In this document: piece by piece, positions 1 through 9,846 of the stretch
Numbering within the stretch: position 1 is the first letter of the stretch
How the letters are laid out: each line of letters opens with the position of its first letter
Source of the DNA: an uncultured Vicinamibacteraceae bacterium
GTDB lineage: Bacteria > Acidobacteriota > Vicinamibacteria > Vicinamibacterales > UBA8438
Reading direction: 5' to 3'
DNA: 64,000 nt
Assembly: GCA_964342185.1 (NCBI GenBank)
Contig: CAYFER010000012.1
Span: forward strand, 1,329 to 65,328
Notes under the pieces: generated by a model
The model's input: only the letters and a program-made list of their open reading frames with translations
Told to the model about the DNA's origin: nothing
Databases searched by the model: none
Translations under genes and position numbers: made by a program

Positions 1-2
1 AC

Positions 3-1961
3 GGTTTTGGGAATGTCATCGAACTCGATCTGAATTTGGTTGTTCCTGACGCGACAAAGTCGATCAATCAAAATGCTATCGAGCCGTGGAGTAAGCCGCA
101 TTATCAGTCTTACCTTGCTGGGCTAAAGAAGGCAGCTCGAGCAAATAAAATCAGAGTGAATATTCCATGGAATGAACTGACTGACGATGAGCGTGATTTC
201 GTTGTTTCAGGCAATGGAACGGACTACCGAGGCATAAAGGGATTTTTCCAATCGTTAGAACGTAAGAAGTACAAGGTTCATGTACGGGTGTTCTTGAGTA
301 GGTATCGGGGCTATCTTGTCTGTCCGGAATGTCAAGGCACCCGCTTGCGCCGAGAAGCCCGAGACGTCCTAGTAGGGGAGCGAACGATCGATACGTTGTG
401 CACCCTAACAGTTGCGCAGGCTAAGTGCTTCTTTGGTGATTTAATTCTCACAGAGAAAGAAACGGTAATTGCGGAACGAATCGTCCGAGAGATTCGACAA
501 CGATTGATGTTTTTGAGCGACGTTGGTTTGGATTATTTGACGTTGGACCGGCTATCGTCCACGCTGTCTGGTGGAGAAGCGCAGCGAATTAATCTTGCGA
601 CTTCATTAGGGGCGGCGTTGGTTGGCACGCTGTATGTACTGGACGAACCTTCAATTGGTTTACATCCACGCGACACTGAGAGACTGATGAAGATTCTTCG
701 TAAGCTTCGCGATCAAGGTAATACCGTCGTCGTGGTTGAACACGACGAAAATATTATTAGGGAAGGTGATTACGTCGTTGACCTTGGGTTAGGTGCTGGC
801 GTCAGGGGTGGCAAGGTGGTCTATGCAGGCACCTTTAAGGGATTAAAAGGCGAGCAGACGTCGTTGACAGCAAAGTATCTCCGTGGCGAATTGGCCATTC
901 CGATTCCTGCGGTGCGCCGAAAGCGTCTTCCACAGTCGCAGGCGTTGTGTCTGGTCGGGGCCAGTGAGCACAACTTAAAATCGGTCGATGTGGAAATTCC
1001 CATGAACATGTTGACCTGTGTGACCGGCGTGAGTGGGTCAGGGAAATCGACGTTGGTCCATGATGTCCTCTATGCGGCGATAAAGAGATCGAAAGGTGAA
1101 TGGGATAAGCGTGTAGGTGACCATGAGAGGTTGGATGGCGTGGAATTGGTCAGTAATGTCGTTTTGGTTGATCAAGCTCCAATTGGACGAACACCTCGTT
1201 CTAACCCAGTCACTTATTTAAAGGCGTTTGATCCAATTCGCGAGTTATTTGCTTCGACAAAGGATGCTCGGACGAAGGCGTTCAAGGCTGGTCATTTCTC
1301 GTTCAACGTGCCAGGGGGGCGCTGTGACGCGTGTGAAGGCGAAGGAGAAGTAAAGGTTGAGATGCAGTTTTTGTCAGATGTATTTTTGCCATGTGAGCAC
1401 TGCGACGGGAGACGATTTAAGCCGGATGTGCTCTCTGTGAAGTATGAAGGATGCAGCATTGACGAGGTGCTTGAACTCACCGTCCGTGAGGCGATTTCAT
1501 TTTTTAGTAGCTCCCCTAAAGTGGTGAGACGTTTACGGGTATTGGACGAAATTGGACTGGGCTATTTGAGACTAGGTCAGCCAGCAACCACGCTGTCGGG
1601 TGGAGAGGCACAGAGAATCAAGATTGCCTTTCATCTCTCATCTCGTACTAAGGAACGCACGGTCTACATATTGGATGAACCCACGACAGGCCTGCATTTC
1701 GACGATATTGCAAAGTTATTAACGGCTTTCGGCAAGTTGCTCAAAGCTGGACACACTCTACTGGTGATCGAACACAACTTGGATGTGATTAAGACGGCAG
1801 ATTGGATCATTGACCTCGGTCCTGAAGGTGGTGTCGACGGTGGGCATGTAGTGGTTACCGGCCCTCCGGAGGTGGTCGCGGAACACAAGGACTCTCGGAC
1901 TGGTCAGTTTCTGCAGACTGTACTTGCGGAGGGGCGTCACCATGCTTATGCGGATTCATAG
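3..1961 (+). CDS. uvrA: Excinuclease ABC subunit A, C-terminal part (runs off the 5' edge of the window)
   Basis: Frame is open from base 3 (GFGNVIELDLNLVVPD). Two ABC signatures (LSGGEAQRINLA, LSGGEAQRIKIA), Walker A GVSGSGKS, Walker B LDEPS/LDEPT, and Zn fingers CPECQG and CDACEG...CEHCDG. Confidence 0.95.
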   Translation, partial: GFGNVIELDLNLVVPDATKSINQNAIEPWSKPHYQSYLAGLKKAARANKIRVNIPWNELTDDERDFVVSGNGTDYRGIKGFFQSLERKKYKVHVRVFLSRYRGYLVCPECQGTRLRREARDVLVGERTIDTLCTLTVAQAKCFFGDLILTEKETVIAERIVREIRQRLMFLSDVGLDYLTLDRLSSTLSGGEAQRINLATSLGAALVGTLYVLDEPSIGLHPRDTERLMKILRKLRDQGNTVVVVEHDENIIREGDYVVDLGLGAGVRGGKVVYAGTFKGLKGEQTSLTAKYLRGELAIPIPAVRRKRLPQSQALCLVGASEHNLKSVDVEIPMNMLTCVTGVSGSGKSTLVHDVLYAAIKRSKGEWDKRVGDHERLDGVELVSNVVLVDQAPIGRTPRSNPVTYLKAFDPIRELFASTKDARTKAFKAGHFSFNVPGGRCDACEGEGEVKVEMQFLSDVFLPCEHCDGRRFKPDVLSVKYEGCSIDEVLELTVREAISFFSSSPKVVRRLRVLDEIGLGYLRLGQPATTLSGGEAQRIKIAFHLSSRTKERTVYILDEPTTGLHFDDIAKLLTAFGKLLKAGHTLLVIEHNLDVIKTADWIIDLGPEGGVDGGHVVVTGPPEVVAEHKDSRTGQFLQTVLAEGRHHAYADS

Positions 1962-1996
1962 CGTGTTTGTTGAAAGCTTGTGAAGCCGCTCTTCCA

Positions 1997-2590
1997 ATGC
2001 TTAGATTGATTCACTCTCTCCCAAGGTCGTTTTATGCAAGGCCGACCCTTCACGTAGCCCGTGAACTTATCGGGAAAGTCTTAGTACACGAATCTTTATC
2101 AGGACATACGGCTGGAATTGTTGTTGAGGTTGAGGCTTATATAGGTGAAAACGACCCAGCATGCCACGCATCGACTGGGTTCACTCGCAGGAATGCACCG
2201 CTGTACGGTCCCCCCGGACGAGCGTACGTGTATTTAAACTACGGCGTGCATCATTTGGTCAATGTTGTGACAGAGGCAGAAGGCTATCCAGCGGCTGTAT
2301 TGTTACGTGCGGTTGAACCGTTACACGGTTTCGATCTGATGCGACGGCGTCGTAATGATTCAGTCGGTTCCATAAATGATCTATGTCGTGGGCCTGGAAA
2401 ACTTTCACAAGCATTTGGGATTGCCCATTCCAAGAATAGGCAAGATTTTACGGGGCAACGACTCTATATTGCGGATTACGGCGTGACTCGCCAGGTTATA
2501 TGGACGTCCAGAATCGGTATTCGAGTAGGAGTCAATCGCCGATGGAGGTGCTATGCGTCAGATAGTTTGGCGGTTTCTGGCCATTATTGA
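1997..2590 (+). CDS. mpg: DNA-3-methyladenine glycosylase (MPG/AAG family)
   Basis: Motifs IVEVEAY, DPACHA, YVYLNYGVH, AVLLRA, CRGPGKL and RIGI. ATG at 1997 chosen over the upstream TTG at 1967. Confidence 0.92.
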   Translation: MLRLIHSLPRSFYARPTLHVARELIGKVLVHESLSGHTAGIVVEVEAYIGENDPACHASTGFTRRNAPLYGPPGRAYVYLNYGVHHLVNVVTEAEGYPAAVLLRAVEPLHGFDLMRRRRNDSVGSINDLCRGPGKLSQAFGIAHSKNRQDFTGQRLYIADYGVTRQVIWTSRIGIRVGVNRRWRCYASDSLAVSGHY

Positions 2591-3765
2591 GGGCGCGCTT
2601 GTGACACTTCTACCTCAAAGGAGATTTGGTCTCCACCTCGGATAACTCCCAAAGTTACCGTTTCGCCTATCGGGGCATCGGATAGCAAGCGAGCGTAATC
2701 AGATGGATCTTCAATCGGGTTGTTGTTAAACGTCACAATGACATCACCAGGCTCCATGCCTGCCATCGCAGCAGCCGACGCTTGATGAATTCGCCAGATG
2801 ACTACACCTCGAGTGTCTGGAGCACCTAATTCAAGGGCTAGTTGTGGGGACAGTCGACGCACCTCTACGTAGCCAAACGAACCTCGTCGAACCCCGCCGT
2901 ATTCGATCAAGTCCTGCATGACACGACTGGCGAGATTACTAGGTACGGCAAAACCGATACCTTGATACCCGCCGTCTTCACTAAAAATTGCCGTATTAAT
3001 CCCGACAAGCTCGCCTTGAGCGTTCACTAGTGCTCCTCCAGAATTACCTGGGTTGATTGCAGCGTCGGTCTGGATGAAATCTTCGTAGTTCGCTACGCCT
3101 AGATTATCTCTGCCCACAGCACTGACGATGCCTAGTGTTACTGTCTGATTTAACTGGAACGGATTGCCAACTGCTAAGACCCATTCGGCGATTCGCAATG
3201 AAGACGAGTCGCCCCAAGGAATTGTAGGTAAGTCGTCCGCGTCGATTTTGAGGAGGGCAATGTCCGTGGATTCGTCACGCCCGACAAGATCAGCTTGAAA
3301 CTCGCGGTTGTCCGCTAACGTTACTGTAATGCCAGCGGTTTGACTGCCTACGACATGAGCGTTTGTCAAAATGTATCCGTCTTCGCGAACGATTACACCT
3401 GACCCGAGACTGGGACGTTCTTGATAGCCTGAGAAACCACGACCGTCTCCGAAAAAATATTGAAAGAACGGATCATTGTTAAAAACAGATCGGCGCTGAA
3501 CGACTTGACGAGACGAAATGTTCGTTACGGCGGCAACCGTTGATTCAGCAACCTCGGTAAAGGCAGATGTTCCAGCGACTGAAGGAATGCTTGGGTTTGT
3601 TCTGGATTGGAGGTTTGCGGTTCCCGTTTCTTCGGTCATCGGAACGGCCGAAGCGAGGCTTTCGGTCTGAGTCTGGAGTCGACCCGTCAGGACGATACCG
3701 CCTACCAAACCGGACAAGAACAGGACAGAACCGAGAATGATCGAGTTGGTACGCATTAATGGCAC
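2584..3765 (-). CDS. HtrA/DegP-family trypsin-like serine protease with N-terminal membrane/signal segment and one PDZ domain
   Basis: Catalytic triad motifs TNAHVV, DIALL and NPGNSGG; IQTDAAIN; C-terminal PDZ (GMEPGDVI). Confidence 0.93.
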   Translation of the reverse strand: MPLMRTNSIILGSVLFLSGLVGGIVLTGRLQTQTESLASAVPMTEETGTANLQSRTNPSIPSVAGTSAFTEVAESTVAAVTNISSRQVVQRRSVFNNDPFFQYFFGDGRGFSGYQERPSLGSGVIVREDGYILTNAHVVGSQTAGITVTLADNREFQADLVGRDESTDIALLKIDADDLPTIPWGDSSSLRIAEWVLAVGNPFQLNQTVTLGIVSAVGRDNLGVANYEDFIQTDAAINPGNSGGALVNAQGELVGINTAIFSEDGGYQGIGFAVPSNLASRVMQDLIEYGGVRRGSFGYVEVRRLSPQLALELGAPDTRGVVIWRIHQASAAAMAGMEPGDVIVTFNNNPIEDPSDYARLLSDAPIGETVTLGVIRGGDQISFEVEVSQARPQ

Positions 3766-3849
3766 TCCACAATTAGTGTGCGCGGCTAATAACCTGTTCC
3801 CATTCTAACGCTATTGGGTAGTACACCTATGGTACGATTACCGGCCAAC

Positions 3850-4413
3850 ATGGCCTCAATTCAAGCTACTCGACTAAGGAAAGGCAATTTGATCAAAATG
3901 AACACGGATTTACTTCGTGTTCTTGATGTTAATCATCTTACCCCTGGAAAGGGGCACGGATTCGTTCAAGCCAGATTTAGAAATATTCGCACTGGCGCCC
4001 TCAATGACCATAAATTTCGGTCTGAAGATAGTGTGGAGCGGGCAATGCTCGAGACCCGTAAAATGCAGTTCCTCTATGCTGACGGCGATACTCATCATTT
4101 TATGGACACTGAGTCTTATGAGCAGACACATCTGACTGCGGAGACTCTTGGTGACGCAGTTAATTATCTGTTGCCAGATTCGGTGATCACAGTACAGCTG
4201 TTTGAATCTGACCCAGTTGGGATAGATTTGCCGCTAACGGTTGAGCTTGTGGTGCGGGAAACCACTCCGGCTATTAAGGGCGCGACTGCGAGTGCCCAAC
4301 TTAAGCCGGCTACACTCGAGACCGGCTTAGTAGTCCAAGTTCCACCATTTGTCTCGGTTGGAGATGTCATTCGAGTAAATACGGAGTCCGGAGAGTATCA
4401 AGGTCGTGCGTGA
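3850..4413 (+). CDS. efp: Elongation factor P
   Basis: PGKG loop, KPATLETGLVVQVPPFV and VNTESGEY. ATG at 3850 gives MASIQATRLRKG. Confidence 0.97.
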   Translation: MASIQATRLRKGNLIKMNTDLLRVLDVNHLTPGKGHGFVQARFRNIRTGALNDHKFRSEDSVERAMLETRKMQFLYADGDTHHFMDTESYEQTHLTAETLGDAVNYLLPDSVITVQLFESDPVGIDLPLTVELVVRETTPAIKGATASAQLKPATLETGLVVQVPPFVSVGDVIRVNTESGEYQGRA

Positions 4414-4431
4414 AACAAAGTAGGCCCACGA

Positions 4432-5001
4432 TTGGATGAGATCAATATTTCGGATGTACTCGATGTTGCGTTAGCGGGTCTCGGTGTTGGTTTTTGCTTG
4501 GCCAACAGTTGGATTGCTGTTCAATTTCTTCAGTTTTTCAAGCGCCGGTCCACAGCTCTGTTGACTTGGCCCGGGCGTAAACCCCCGTACTATCGAGTTT
4601 TTCTACCGTTCGGTGTCGTATTCGGCATCCTGCTCTTCGTAAAATTGGTTGTGCAGCGTCAGGGAATCGAAAGTGGATTCGCCGAAGCGATGATGCTTTT
4701 GTACTACGCCTATTTGTTACCGATGAGTTTTCGAATTAAGCGAGGGCTATACCAAGAGGGAATTTGGACTGAATCACGATTTGTACCTTATTCACAGATT
4801 GGTGGTTTGAGCTGGAGAGAAGGGCGCGAGATTAAGCTTGTAATAATTTACCGGCTTCGCCAACTAGCGCGTCAACTCAATGTTCCTCACGAGCACTACG
4901 GAGAGGTTCGTCGGCTGTTACGTGACAAGATTGCCAGCGATGATCTGCATTTCGCAATGAAAACATTTGATCTGGGTGCCGATGAACGGGAAGTGGTTTA
5001 G
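4432..5001 (+). CDS. Hypothetical membrane protein (about 3 TM helices plus a soluble C-terminal domain)
   Basis: 189-aa ORF co-oriented with efp and filling the gap. Hydrophobic segments at about aa 10-35, 55-75 and 82-100. No motif recognised. Confidence 0.7.
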   Translation: MDEINISDVLDVALAGLGVGFCLANSWIAVQFLQFFKRRSTALLTWPGRKPPYYRVFLPFGVVFGILLFVKLVVQRQGIESGFAEAMMLLYYAYLLPMSFRIKRGLYQEGIWTESRFVPYSQIGGLSWREGREIKLVIIYRLRQLARQLNVPHEHYGEVRRLLRDKIASDDLHFAMKTFDLGADEREVV

Positions 5002-5013
5002 GGGCGAGTGTTT

Positions 5014-5826
5014 TTACGAACCAAGGTTTCGCAAGAGTCCGATTAGTCCAGCGCCTTGCGCTGTAGGGTCGGCCAACCATCCTGGCGGTGTGATCCAGAC
5101 AAACGCCAGGATGGCTATCACCATCAGGTCATATTGCCATGTCGCGCGATCGAACGTCCAAAATAACGCATGCCAAACCGCTAACGCAGGTAGTGCCACC
5201 GCTCGTTTTAATGTCATTTGGACTTCAGGATGGAGTTCCGTGGGACCGGTGCGGAGTTCGCGCCAAGTGAAGTAGATTCGATCCACAACAGTCACGACAG
5301 ACAAAACGAGTATCACCCACAAAACTGCAGCCATACGGTTAGTGAAGGCGCCAATCATGAAGAGGACGATTCGTTCTGGACGCTCCATGAATCCAACCTT
5401 GCATTTTTCGATTAGCGATTCAGCTCGAGCTCTGGTGTAGCTTGTCATTACAGAGAACATTAGTGCTAGAGCTGTTATCAGTACGTAATCGGGTCGACCT
5501 TGCTCGGTGTAGAGATAGAGCAAGCCTATGAAAAGAAGAATGTCAGAGAATCGGTCCATCACCGAATCCCAAAAACCTCCAAACTCCGAAGCCAGGTTGG
5601 TGCGCTCCGCTACTTTACCGTCTATAAAATCGAAGATATTGGCAACGATCATGACAAAGCCGGCCGTGAGAAAATGACCAGTAGCTAGAGCCCAGGCGGA
5701 TATTGCGTTGACGATGACACCGGTGAACGTCAACGCATTCGGATGAATTCGGAGACGAACACACGTTTCGATGATGAGGCGGAGCGGATACATACACGCC
5801 GCGCCGATGGCTCCAGTAAATGTCAT
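5014..5826 (-). CDS. CDP-alcohol phosphatidyltransferase with an extra C-terminal membrane domain
   Basis: Family motif DFIDGKVAERTNLASEFGGFWDSVMDR and HPNALT; about 65-aa tail beyond the normal end of the fold. Confidence 0.9.
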   Translation of the reverse strand: MTFTGAIGAACMYPLRLIIETCVRLRIHPNALTFTGVIVNAISAWALATGHFLTAGFVMIVANIFDFIDGKVAERTNLASEFGGFWDSVMDRFSDILLFIGLLYLYTEQGRPDYVLITALALMFSVMTSYTRARAESLIEKCKVGFMERPERIVLFMIGAFTNRMAAVLWVILVLSVVTVVDRIYFTWRELRTGPTELHPEVQMTLKRAVALPALAVWHALFWTFDRATWQYDLMVIAILAFVWITPPGWLADPTAQGAGLIGLLRNLGS

Positions 5827-5922
5827 GGATGTGACGGTTGCACCCTCTCTTAATCGAAAGTTGAGCGATACTATCTTAGGGGGGGGCGCGAATCTGAAAT
5901 AGCGACCTCAGCAGTGTAACTC

Positions 5923-7758
5923 ATGGCCATTTGGGATCTCAAACACCTGATTGCACGATTGCCAGAACAACCAGGAGTGTACATTTACTTTAATGGCTCC
6001 GGCGAAACAATCTATGTTGGTCGGGCTCGGGTGCTTCGACAGCGAGTCAAGACGTATTTGTCCGCGCAGGGGACGAGTCCTAAGACTGACGCCCTCCTTA
6101 AAGACGTTACACGCCTTGAAGTGATCGTGACCGACTCACTTGTCGAGGCCTTGGTGCTTGAGAACAATCTAATCAAAGAACGAATCCCACGCTTCAATAT
6201 TCTACTGCGGGACGACAAGAACTACCCTTATTTACAGGTGACGACTACCGAGGCTTTTCCTAGAGTTCTCGTCGCTCGGCGTGTTTCCCGTGACGGAAAT
6301 GTCTACGCCGGGCCCTTTTTACCTGCAGCCTTAGCCCGCAAGACGATGTCACTGACACACCGGTTATTTGGGATTAGGTCGTGTAACGAAGTTATTAATG
6401 GCAAACGAGGGAGAGCCTGCTTGGAATACGACATAAAAAGGTGTTTGGCTCCATGTGTCGAATCCATCTGCAGCCAGGCCGAGTATTTAGAGGCGGTGCA
6501 ACGTACTCAAATGTTTCTTGACGGTCGAAACGAAGAACTCCTAACCGACCTTGATTCCCAGATGCGTAGTGCGTCGAGTGAAGAACACTACGAAGTAGCT
6601 GCCCAATGTAGAGATACGATTCGGACGATCGAAACGCTACGGGATCGTCAACAAAAGATGGCTAGTCCGCGTCTTGGCGAGCGTGATGTCTTTGGCATTA
6701 AAGTGGGTTCATCGGGTGGGTTAATCCAGATTTTTCAAGTTCGTGGTGGTCGTGTGATTGAGAGAATTGAGCTTGTCGCCGATGAAATCGAAGAGTGTAT
6801 GACCCAGGACGCGGAATTGCTGCGGGCTGGGTTGCAGCAATTCTATGAGGCGCGTAGGGCACCGGCTGAAGTTCATTTGCCCTTGAAACTCGATGACCAA
6901 CAGGAGATCGAGATATGGTTGTCTGGGCGTTCTGAACATAGGGTTCGCATCTATGTACCTAAACGAGGTGACAAGCGAGGGTTAGTTGAGTTGGCGACTC
7001 GCAACGCCAAGGTTTCATATGATTCTCGATTCGGTGCGGATGCACGTCGTTTCGGCGCCGCTCTTGAAGAGTTGAGAGATTGTCTGGCTCTCAAGATGAG
7101 GCCGCGGCGACTCGAATGCTTTGACATTTCGACCTTTCATGGCGCCGAGACTGTTGGTGCGCTTGTTGTCAATGAAGACGGTCGGATGCTCCGCCGGGAT
7201 TATCGAAAATTTCGGATTCGAGGCGAGAAGAGAAAATCATTGGTTGGCTCTGATGACTTCGCATCAATCGAGGAGGTTGTGTTTCGCCGATACCGGCGTT
7301 TACTTGAACAAGGCGGGCCGTTTCCCGACCTCGTGATTGTGGATGGAGGAGTTGGTCAACTGTCAGCAGCGTACAAGGCCTTCGAGCAACTCGGTCTTTC
7401 TAATCTGGTCGCGATAGGGATTGCAAAGAAAGATGAACTCTTGGTCACGCGAGACCAACGTTTGCCAATAGCACTACCTCGAGACAGCGCGGCTCTGCAG
7501 TTGGTGCAGCGCATTCGAGACGAAGCCCATCGCTTTGCAGTAACGTTTCATCGTCGGTCTCGGCACACCCGTGACTTCAGTTCTGAGCTGGATTTAGTAG
7601 CAGGTGTTGGCCCGAAAAGGCGCCGGGCCTTACTTGAACGTTTTGGTAGTGTGAGGAATATTGGTCGTGCTACCAATGAAGAGCTTGTTCCCATAGTAGG
7701 CGCGAAAGTGGCTCGTTTGGTTATTGATTATTTTTCGGAACGAACGAAGAATAGATGA
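5923..7758 (+). CDS. uvrC: Excinuclease ABC subunit C
   Basis: GIY-YIG start (PEQPGVYIY...IYVGRA), RFNILLRDDKNYPY, RNase H-like ECFDIS and VDGG, RIRDEAHRFA, HhH GVGPKRR. Confidence 0.97.
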   Translation: MAIWDLKHLIARLPEQPGVYIYFNGSGETIYVGRARVLRQRVKTYLSAQGTSPKTDALLKDVTRLEVIVTDSLVEALVLENNLIKERIPRFNILLRDDKNYPYLQVTTTEAFPRVLVARRVSRDGNVYAGPFLPAALARKTMSLTHRLFGIRSCNEVINGKRGRACLEYDIKRCLAPCVESICSQAEYLEAVQRTQMFLDGRNEELLTDLDSQMRSASSEEHYEVAAQCRDTIRTIETLRDRQQKMASPRLGERDVFGIKVGSSGGLIQIFQVRGGRVIERIELVADEIEECMTQDAELLRAGLQQFYEARRAPAEVHLPLKLDDQQEIEIWLSGRSEHRVRIYVPKRGDKRGLVELATRNAKVSYDSRFGADARRFGAALEELRDCLALKMRPRRLECFDISTFHGAETVGALVVNEDGRMLRRDYRKFRIRGEKRKSLVGSDDFASIEEVVFRRYRRLLEQGGPFPDLVIVDGGVGQLSAAYKAFEQLGLSNLVAIGIAKKDELLVTRDQRLPIALPRDSAALQLVQRIRDEAHRFAVTFHRRSRHTRDFSSELDLVAGVGPKRRRALLERFGSVRNIGRATNEELVPIVGAKVARLVIDYFSERTKNR

Positions 7759-8048
7759 GAGAGCGTGAGGGTGTTGACAAGTAATACAGCCGATGATTAT
7801 TGCGAGCCGGGTTCCTATTTTTGGTAAATAGTCCAGATGCAATCTCAAGAATTCAGAGGTCCCCGTATTTTTTGTTTCCGTCATTTGGCTAGTCAAGGTG
7901 CTGAGACTTGAGTTTTTGACAGGCTTCAAGAGTTAAGGTTGTTTTGTAGACTAACGGACGCCGCCGGTCTTACGTGTCGGCACTCTGTTAAGCTTTGCTA
8001 CTGATTGTCTGCTTAATACTTTACTAACCGGCTATATTCATCTCTATC

Positions 8049-9062
8049 GTGAGTGTTGAATCAGTAAAACAACGCGTGGTTTCAGGGATGCGTCCCACAG
8101 GAAAGTTACACCTGGGACATCTAGTTGGAGCTTTAAGAAAGTACAGCGCTCTGCAAGCCGAGTATGACTGCATGTACTTTGTGGCTGATTGGCATGCTCT
8201 AACCAGTGAGTACGGTGATACAGCCGAACTTTCGGGCTACGCCTATGACAATATAACTGATTGGATTGCAGCAGGGGTGGACCCTGAACAGAGCATTTTG
8301 TTCATCCAATCGCAGGTCCCTGAGCATGCAGAGCTTTATCTACTCCTTTCAATGGTAGTGCCCATACCGTGGCTTGAGCGTGTACCAACCTACAAAGAGC
8401 AGATCGATGAGTTGTCCGACCGAGATCTTTCAACACTAGGTTTTCTGGGATATCCCCTTCTGCAGGGGGCGGATGTACTTTTGTATCATGCGAAATTTGT
8501 TCCCGTCGGTGAGGATCAGATTCCACATCTTGAATTGACGCGGGAAGTTGTCAGGCGTTTTCAGGGTTTTTTTGGCGAGCTTTTTCCAGAACCCCAGCCA
8601 CTGCTCACACGGTTCCCACGGTTGCCAGGATTGGATAATCGCAAGATGAGCAAGAGTTACGGAAATACTATTGATCTGTCCGATGACGCCGTCACCGTTA
8701 GAAAGAAGATTATGCGAATGTACACGGATCCAAAACGGATTCGGGCAGATATTCCAGGTACAGTTGAGGGCAATCCTGTGTTTATTTATCACGACGCTTT
8801 CAATTCGAACGAAACGGAAGTGAACGAATTAAAGGCACGCTATGAAGCTGGTAAAGTTGGAGACGTCGAGGTCAAGGATTGTTTGGCGCGCGCTGTGAAT
8901 GAGGTGCTGGATCCGATTCGGGAACGTCGTGCGGAGATAGCAGCGAAACCGAACCAAATTCAAGAAATAGTTATGGATGGATCGAATCAGGCTCGGGCGA
9001 TTGCTCAGGAGACAATGAAAGATGTACGCGAGGCGGTCAGGTTAAAGTATGGAGACACCTAA
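8049..9062 (+). CDS. trpS: Tryptophan--tRNA ligase
   Basis: SGMRPTGKLHLGH (HIGH-like), GYPLLQGADVL, VPVGEDQ, KMSKS. Confidence 0.97.
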   Translation: MSVESVKQRVVSGMRPTGKLHLGHLVGALRKYSALQAEYDCMYFVADWHALTSEYGDTAELSGYAYDNITDWIAAGVDPEQSILFIQSQVPEHAELYLLLSMVVPIPWLERVPTYKEQIDELSDRDLSTLGFLGYPLLQGADVLLYHAKFVPVGEDQIPHLELTREVVRRFQGFFGELFPEPQPLLTRFPRLPGLDNRKMSKSYGNTIDLSDDAVTVRKKIMRMYTDPKRIRADIPGTVEGNPVFIYHDAFNSNETEVNELKARYEAGKVGDVEVKDCLARAVNEVLDPIRERRAEIAAKPNQIQEIVMDGSNQARAIAQETMKDVREAVRLKYGDT

Positions 9063-9846
9063 CGATTTCGAGTCCATTCTTCCTGGTTACCCGGTTAAAC
9101 TCTCCAACTTTGAGGGGCCGCTCGATCTTCTGTTGCATTTGATCAAGATGAATAAGGTGGATGTCTACGACATCCCGATTGTACTTATAACTGAACAATA
9201 TCTTGATTACCTTGACCTGATGCAGGAACTTGATCTGGATGTGGCTGGTGAATTTTTAGTCATGGCGTCAACCCTCATTCATGTCAAATCTCGCATGCTG
9301 ATTCCCCGTATGGAGGATGAGACTGACATTGAAGAGGAAGAGGACCCACGGGAGGCGTTGGTTCGTCAATTACTGGAGCACCAAAAGTTCAAGGCCGCTG
9401 CTGAGATGCTCCATGAACGAGAGATCATTAGAAGCGCGCAATGGACTCGGCCCGATAGCCGTGTTGAGCATATTGCTGGTGAGCCTTTTGAACGCGAATT
9501 AGAGGTTGACATTTTTAGCCTCATTCAGGCCTTTCGATCGGTCATCGCCCGTTCACAAGACCGACCAACTGTGGCGCTGCCGGCTGAAGTAGTACCGATC
9601 GAAACACGAATCGATCAGTTGCTGGAGATTTTATCTTTGACAGATGCACGTGCATTTGAAGAACTGTTCACCAATTCAGCCTCTCGCAGAGAACTAATCA
9701 CGACATTCCTCGCTATCCTCGAAATGATTCGACTGAAGCTTATCCGTGTTGTGCAAAGCAATACGTTTGGACCTATCAGGGTGTATAAGAGAAGCTCCTC
9801 TCAAACTCACGGACAGGACCAAGAAGGGAAGGCGAATGACCGATGA
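9049..9846 (+). CDS. scpA: Segregation and condensation protein A (kleisin)
   Basis: FEGPLDLLLHLI, AGEFLVMASTLIHVKSRML and TFLAILEM; lies directly upstream of scpB. Confidence 0.95.
   Translation: METPNDFESILPGYPVKLSNFEGPLDLLLHLIKMNKVDVYDIPIVLITEQYLDYLDLMQELDLDVAGEFLVMASTLIHVKSRMLIPRMEDETDIEEEEDPREALVRQLLEHQKFKAAAEMLHEREIIRSAQWTRPDSRVEHIAGEPFERELEVDIFSLIQAFRSVIARSQDRPTVALPAEVVPIETRIDQLLEILSLTDARAFEELFTNSASRRELITTFLAILEMIRLKLIRVVQSNTFGPIRVYKRSSSQTHGQDQEGKANDR

Noticed and set aside
5827-5922. LexA box upstream of uvrC
   Set aside because: Neither GTTC-N7-GTTC nor CTGT-N8-ACAG type sites are visible.
7908-7931. HAIR-like CTTGAGT...TTCAAG in the uvrC-trpS gap
   Set aside because: The arms are 3 nt too far apart for CTTGAGT-N7-ACTCAAG and the context is not heat-shock.
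7759-8048. T-box riboswitch or Trp attenuator before trpS
   Set aside because: No T-box antiterminator consensus (GGGTGGNACCGCG-like) and no leader ORF with tandem Trp codons.
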